Assembly (NCBI GenBank): GCA_034670305.1 | Contig: JAXMNT010000005.1 | Location: forward strand, 160,001 to 224,000 | Direction: 5' to 3' | Source of the DNA: Deltaproteobacteria bacterium | GTDB lineage: Bacteria > Myxococcota_A > Polyangia > Polyangiales > Houyiibacteriaceae | DNA: 64,000 nt | Shown here: piece after piece, positions 60,101 to 64,000 of the stretch | Layout of the letters: each line of letters starts with the position of its first letter | How positions within the stretch are numbered: position 1 is the stretch's first letter | The notes under the pieces: model-generated | The model's database searches: none | Told to the model about the DNA's origin: nothing | The model's input: only the letters and a program-made list of their open reading frames with translations | Translations under genes and position numbers: made by a program

Positions 60101-61375
60101 GGCCAGCCCGTCGAGCGCGTCGAGCAGGTCCGTCGCGATGCGGGTCGCGCGGAGGGGATCGCTCACCGAGGACTTGCCGAGTCCGACGATGTACCGGAAC
60201 CGGCCCGTGCCTTTGCCGTCCGGCCAAGAGAGGACCGCGTCCGCTTTGAAGCCGATCTCCTCGAGCACCTTCTGGCCCGTGCTGTCCATGCGCGCGGTGC
60301 CCTCGTCGTCGTCGGTGTCGCTCCGAACGCGGCCAGCCACGATCACCACGCGGCGTCGTTCCCGAACCTCTTTCGACGACACCCCGCTGAAGACCGTCGC
60401 GCCGCCGGTGAAGGTCTGGATGGCGCGCTGCTTCGCCTCGGGGCTCGTGTTCTGTCGCGGCGCGACTTCTCGAATGAACCCTTCGAGCGACTCCGAGTCC
60501 CAGACCTGTTCTTCGAGATGGAGGAACTGGGTGAGCGCGCCGCTGAGCACGCGGCTCGTGTTGTAGCGGTCGTCGCGGTTCTGCGAGAGCGCGCGTTTCA
60601 CGATGCGCTCGAGCTCGCGTGGCACGTCGGGATCCACCGAACGCGGCAGGGTCACGTCGCCGTCGCGCACCTTGTCGAGCACGTCGAGCCCATGCTGGCC
60701 GGGGTACATGCTCCGGTTCATCAGCAGCTCGGCGAGCAAGATGCCGAGCGAGTACACGTCGCTGCGCCGGTCGACCTTCTCGCCGCGCGCTTGCTCGGGG
60801 GACATGTAGGCGAACTTGCCTTTGATGACCCCGGTCTCTTCCGAGACCATCTTGGCCTTCGCGATGCCGAAGTCCGCGACCTTCACGATGCCCTCGTAGG
60901 TGAGCAGCACGTTCTGCGGGCTCACGTCGCGGTGTACGATCTCCATCTCGACGCCCGACGCGTCTTTGCGGCGGTGGGCGTAGTCGAGGCCGCGGGCGAC
61001 CTCCTGCACGATGTACGCGCACAGCCCGTGCGGGATGCGTTTGCCGGCCCGGCGGGCGGCACCCACGAGGCGGCCGAGGTCGAGTCCATCGACGAACTCC
61101 ATCGCGAGCAGGAACTCGCGTTTCACCTGCTCGAATGCGTAGACCTGAACGATGTTCGGGTGGTTGAGCCGCATCGCGACTTTGGCCTCGTCGATGAACA
61201 TCGAGATGAACTTCGCGGAACGCGCGAAGCTCGGCAGCACGCGTTTGACCACGAGCACCTTCTCGATGCCCTCAGCGCCTTTGGACTTCGCGAGGAAGAC
61301 TTCGGCCATCCCGCCCGCCCCGAGTCGTCGGATGACTTCGTAGCGCCCGAGGTGCGTCGGCAGATCGCCCGCCAT
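57170..61375 (-). CDS. Multidomain Ser/Thr kinase + degenerate class III cyclase-like + STAND/AAA ATPase + TPR protein
   Basis: Kinase motifs GAGGMAEV, HRDVSPQN, DFG, SPE. ATPase motifs LVGR, GDLGVGKT, DGLQWAD, GGNPFF. C-terminal TPRs. Confidence 0.9.
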   Translation of the reverse strand: MAGDLPTHLGRYEVIRRLGAGGMAEVFLAKSKGAEGIEKVLVVKRVLPSFARSAKFISMFIDEAKVAMRLNHPNIVQVYAFEQVKREFLLAMEFVDGLDLGRLVGAARRAGKRIPHGLCAYIVQEVARGLDYAHRRKDASGVEMEIVHRDVSPQNVLLTYEGIVKVADFGIAKAKMVSEETGVIKGKFAYMSPEQARGEKVDRRSDVYSLGILLAELLMNRSMYPGQHGLDVLDKVRDGDVTLPRSVDPDVPRELERIVKRALSQNRDDRYNTSRVLSGALTQFLHLEEQVWDSESLEGFIREVAPRQNTSPEAKQRAIQTFTGGATVFSGVSSKEVRERRRVVIVAGRVRSDTDDDEGTARMDSTGQKVLEEIGFKADAVLSWPDGKGTGRFRYIVGLGKSSVSDPLRATRIATDLLDALDGLAADSLAPVRASIGMSRGMVSTVRDHDGRLLRYAPVGNVLDVAERLSIVASAEEILVAGDVYRLVRRDFAFDEEVRTIDVSTQATSTAQELKAWLLRSARTQEEREADFGEAAPDLVGRRDEVDTLRGLWGDVVDSSRTQFAAVVGDLGVGKTALIRAAIEAFDPAARVLRCECAYGSADVPYYAVKQLLRMGVDATEQDPGPEIVEKLESKLRGAVGDHAAGIVQVLHRLFDVTPAGGQDDEGDRSVAIRRAMELLVRTLAKTSPVTVWIDGLQWADAPSLELLSSMRQRAYEVPCLVLMSTRPVEHLEPVFRGIPRIELDELGPEDREALVSARFATLGGRTTVEVAEEVLNSISARAGGNPFFLIELVDALFERDVVRIDDGRVHRKAGVPIQLPTTLEGVIAARLDELSEAERVALRWLAAAGSGMTSEDLRRLAGADLGPGLSGLVDRNLLEVSSSGAYSFPNAVVRQVAYEATDLEDRVNMHRRIAQHLSQSPSSSPGRIARHLEQAGERDLAAESYLDAALAALAVYSNREALRFFGKALILLPPEDQDRRFRVHEGREQILRHLGRPHEQLRELEAMRSLAARGGGARRRAIALLRFARFDLDNARIGEVDDLLPQALEAARLAGDVKLELDALRLEAEMARNRGEPQRALEACDQALERAGTDPELLSPRASILVQKGILHRRMGHSDAAFEAYAEAIVIFRRLGIRPGEAFALNSLGVALAASGAYEDAIIVTRASIHIDRETGDRLRLGRKLSNVGQLYDALGDTKRGLAFVKRALDVFEAVDDRAGRCDALAAVAEMMLDSGADEQAITMALDQAKRIAERLASNYEIARERLVRTRLERAQGHHGRAESAARRALEAARADGLVSYEVTALCELAAALAALGSADALEVARNAEGRFDGVHVERIEKVYLTLARAFAAAGALDESRALLAKARHVLDSKAALIRSSSMRRKYLESREAQAIRSEA

Positions 61376-61476
61376 TCGCCGCGAAGCCTAACAGCTTCGT
61401 TGCAGGAACGTCGCGTAATCGGTGTGGGCGCCATCAAAGGCTGGCGGGCGCGGAGACGGCCTCTGCGGCGCCAAGC

Positions 61477-62397
61477 TCACTCTTCTTCGGGGTCGGCGCC
61501 GGGGGCCGTCGGGGCCGGGGCGGACATGAGCCGCTGGGTGGCGAAGTGGCGGTCGTGGACCCAGCATCCGGCGAGCAACACCGCCATGCCGAGGATGCCG
61601 GCGACCCCATAGAACGGGCGCTGCCAGTCCTCCGCGCCCCAGGCCAGATCTGCCGCCGCCATCGTCAGCGCGAGCAACGTGCCGCGGAAGGCCGCGACCG
61701 CGAGCACCGAGTCCGCCCGCACCCGGAGGTAGACCAGCACCGGCGAGGCGACGAGACACCAGACGACGACGCAGACCGCGCCCTCGAGCCGGTGGTCGGG
61801 GAAGTGCACCCCGAGGAGCACGATCGGGACGAACCACACCGCTTCGAAGAGGCCGATGCCCAAAGACCGCATCCAGAAGCCGCCGGGCATCTCGCGGAAG
61901 AGCAGCCCGCGCCAACCGATCTCGGTCGCGAGCGCGACCAAGAGGTTGAGCGTGATGCCGGCGGGCAGCGCTTGGGCGACCAGCCAGAGCGGATGGGGCG
62001 GCGCGTTCTGCGAGAGGTGCGCGTCGAAGGCGGCAAGATCCGCTTCGGGCACGAGCGTGCGCTTGTTGGCGACGAAGGTGTGGGGGTCGAGCACTGGCTC
62101 CACCCCGAAGAGGATCCAGACCGCGAGCAGGCCGACGGCGAGCACCGCGACCGGACCGAGCCACCCCGCGAGCCACCAGCGGTTGAGCCCCACCTTCAAC
62201 CCGAGCGGGGCCAGGATCGGTTGACGCAAGAGCGGCCCCTGCACGACCAGGGTGGCCAGCATCACCGGCATCATGTGCACGATGGTCAGCGCCCGGGCCA
62301 TCGGGGTGGACCAGGCGTCGTGGAACCCAAACGCGATGGCCGCACTGCCGCCAAGGGCGAGCAGCGCGAAGATCGCAAGCAGCCGAGTACGCGTCAC
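61477..62397 (-). CDS. CPBP/Abi (CAAX protease-like) membrane protein with degenerate catalytic motifs
   Basis: Multi-TM. TEIGWRG, FEAVWF and AAFRG occupy the places of the EExxxR, FxxxH and H motifs. Confidence 0.65.
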   Translation of the reverse strand: MTRTRLLAIFALLALGGSAAIAFGFHDAWSTPMARALTIVHMMPVMLATLVVQGPLLRQPILAPLGLKVGLNRWWLAGWLGPVAVLAVGLLAVWILFGVEPVLDPHTFVANKRTLVPEADLAAFDAHLSQNAPPHPLWLVAQALPAGITLNLLVALATEIGWRGLLFREMPGGFWMRSLGIGLFEAVWFVPIVLLGVHFPDHRLEGAVCVVVWCLVASPVLVYLRVRADSVLAVAAFRGTLLALTMAAADLAWGAEDWQRPFYGVAGILGMAVLLAGCWVHDRHFATQRLMSAPAPTAPGADPEEE

Positions 62398-62416
62398 CGA
62401 GCCCAGATAGCAGGAA

Positions 62417-62541
62417 GCCCTCAGCGAAGCTCCCTTGCCCTTGCCCCTGCCCTCGCCCCTGCCCTCAGCGAAGCTCCCTTGCCCTTGCCCCTGCCCTCAG
62501 CGAAGCTCCCTTGCCCTTGCCCCTGCCCTTGCCCCTGCCCT
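62417..62541 (+). repeat. Three tandem units of GCCCTC-AGCGAAGCT-(CCCTTG/CCCCTG)n
   Basis: Units start at 62417, 62461 and 62493. Confidence 0.9.
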
Positions 62542-62625
62542 CTAGTGGGTCCGAACCAAGGACATCGGTGACACTTTGGACCGGGGACATGGGTGACACG
62601 CTTCGGTCGAGCTCAGCCTATCTCT

Positions 62626-62785
62626 GCCGACCCGACGCCGACGCGGAGCAGAAGCCGACGCCGACGCCGAAGCCCGAAGCCGAAGCCGAAGCCGAAGCCG
62701 AAGCCGAAGCCGAAGCCGACGCCGACGCCGAAGCCGAAGCCGAAGCCGAGCCGAGGGCCCCGACGCCGAAGCCGCAGCCGACGCC
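62626..62785 (+). repeat. Degenerate hexamer tract (GCCGAA/GCCGAC)n
   Basis: Directly visible, about 85 nt after the CCCTTG tract. Confidence 0.9.
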
Positions 62786-62864
62786 GTTTGGGGGCTGTGT
62801 GCCACCTCCCGAAAGGCCGTGCCATTTGGCTCCACTTGGCGCACGTGTCGCGTGTGCTATCGCC

Positions 62865-62901
62865 AAAAAGTCAATGATTTCGTCGTGGCACGTGATCTGC
62901 T
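62865..62901 (+). promoter_or_regulatory. Putative sigma-54 (-24/-12) promoter with an adjacent IHF-like site
   Basis: TGGCACGTGATCTGCT (62886-62901) fits GG-N10-GC. AAAAAGTCAATGATTT upstream resembles WATCAA-N4-TTR on the reverse strand. Confidence 0.55.
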
Positions 62902-62934
62902 CTGTGGTCCCTCCGGAATCAGGAGATGGTGAAG

Positions 62935-63798
62935 ATGGCACAACTCGATCAGGCGCCCCGATACGAACCCCTTGGCTTCGGCCCGTTTGCCAAAGCGCAT
63001 GCGAAGTTCACCGAAGTCGACCAGTTCGACTGGGAGACCCTCGGCAAGAGTGGCGAAACCTACGATGCGAAGGTCCGCGACCGGGGCCGGCGCTCCTTCG
63101 TGCTGCGCGCCCTCGACGAGCAGCGATCGCTCCTCGCGTTCTCCGAGCTGCTCACCGAACTCTGCGAGCAGGGCGCACCCATCGACGTGATCGGTTCGCT
63201 CGCTCGAGTGGTCCGCGACGAAGCGCTCCACGTCGACCTCTGCGACCGCGTCGTCAAAGGGCTCGGCGGCTGGGACGACAAGGCGCCGCAGCCGCGCTGG
63301 GTCCGCAGCAACAAACGCCTCCCGCTCAAACGGCGCGCGCTCGCGACGGTGCTCGGTTCGCTCTGCCTCGGAGAGACGATCTCGGTCCACATGATCCGCG
63401 GCGTGCGCGACCACGCGACCGACCCGGTCGTGCACTCGGTGCTCACCCGCATGCTCGCGGACGAGTCGTTCCATGCGCGCTTCGGTTGGTACTGGCTCGA
63501 GTCGATGCCGCTCGACGACGTCGACCTCGCCTTCGCGCAGAAGTACGTCGAGAAGCTCATCCCTTCGGTCGAGAAGTCGCTCCGGACCCAGACCAAACCC
63601 GGTCCGCACACCTACAGCCCCTTCGGCAGCATGAGCGCCGAAGAGCGCGACGAGGCGCTGATCGACGCGATGGAGAAGACCATCCTCCCCGGCTTCGAAC
63701 GCGCTGGTCTGCAGGTTCAACATCTCTGGAACTCCGCCAAAGCGAACCGCGCCGCGGCCCGCGCCGAACGTGGCGACGCGAAGAAGGAAGTGGCGTAG
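62935..63798 (+). CDS. Ferritin-like di-iron domain protein
   Basis: E...DEALH...E...DESFH ligand pattern. The AGGAG RBS favours the ATG at 62935 over 62926. Confidence 0.8.
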   Translation: MAQLDQAPRYEPLGFGPFAKAHAKFTEVDQFDWETLGKSGETYDAKVRDRGRRSFVLRALDEQRSLLAFSELLTELCEQGAPIDVIGSLARVVRDEALHVDLCDRVVKGLGGWDDKAPQPRWVRSNKRLPLKRRALATVLGSLCLGETISVHMIRGVRDHATDPVVHSVLTRMLADESFHARFGWYWLESMPLDDVDLAFAQKYVEKLIPSVEKSLRTQTKPGPHTYSPFGSMSAEERDEALIDAMEKTILPGFERAGLQVQHLWNSAKANRAAARAERGDAKKEVA

Positions 63799-63800
63799 CC

Positions 63801-64000
63801 ATGAACGCGATTCGAACGGCGATCTTCGTCGCCAAAGCAGGCTGCGCCCGATTCGGCCGGAGCGTGTCCGTCGGCACGGTCTCGGCCGCGCTCGCGGTCA
63901 TGCTCTCGATCGGCTGCGGCATGTCGCACGGCGGCGGCCTCGTCGTCGACGCCGATGGCGACGGCTACGACGCCGAGATCGACTGCGACGACTCCAACCC
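63801..64000 (+). CDS. Partial lipoprotein with a putative metal-binding motif (runs off the window)
   Basis: Lipobox SIGC, then DADGDGYDAEIDCDDSN. Confidence 0.7.
   Translation, partial: MNAIRTAIFVAKAGCARFGRSVSVGTVSAALAVMLSIGCGMSHGGGLVVDADGDGYDAEIDCDDSN

Noticed and set aside
57266-61612. Very long antisense or alternative-frame ORFs (also 38052-41765, 28280-30943, 7802-10174, 21846-24032 and others)
   Set aside because: These are shadow ORFs expected in ~70% GC DNA. They overlap genes with clear family motifs and have none of their own.
62417-62541. Possible mini-CRISPR (three ~32-bp repeats)
   Set aside because: There are no unique spacers, the intervening sequence is only more hexamers, and no cas genes are in the window.

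Overview
GC-rich (about 70%) chromosomal window, most likely from a myxobacterium (Myxococcota, Polyangiales/Sandaracinaceae-like). The placement is inferred from MYXO-CTERM proteins, several eukaryote-like Ser/Thr kinases and TPR/PEGA and Cys-rich lipoproteins. It holds about 53 credible CDSs, mostly core or accessory housekeeping: rpsU, metF, sthA, xseA, aguB, prlC, an HrpB-like helicase, a phosphofructokinase, a CysQ-like phosphatase, an RND pump, peptide ABC permeases, a two-component pair, patatin and a ferritin-like gene. No rRNA, tRNA, CRISPR array, transposase, integrase or reverse transcriptase was recognised. The most unusual signal is non-coding. (1) Seven telomere-like (CCCTTG/CCCCTG)n tracts occur, six of them starting right after a hairpin and four sitting just behind a TAG stop codon. 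(2) Long (GCCGAA/GCCGAC/CCCGAT)n hexamer tracts occur both between and inside genes. (3) Two families of dispersed palindromic REP-like units carry a GCGAAGC core. (4) An intact four-helix-bundle (TIGR02436/bAvd-like) gene sits in a heavily structured cassette, and a probable remnant of a second one lies inside a symmetric CTAG-bounded element at 3006-3333. Together these suggest a possibly undescribed repeat/four-helix-bundle mobile or regulatory system. All annotations come from motif recognition by eye; no database searches were run.
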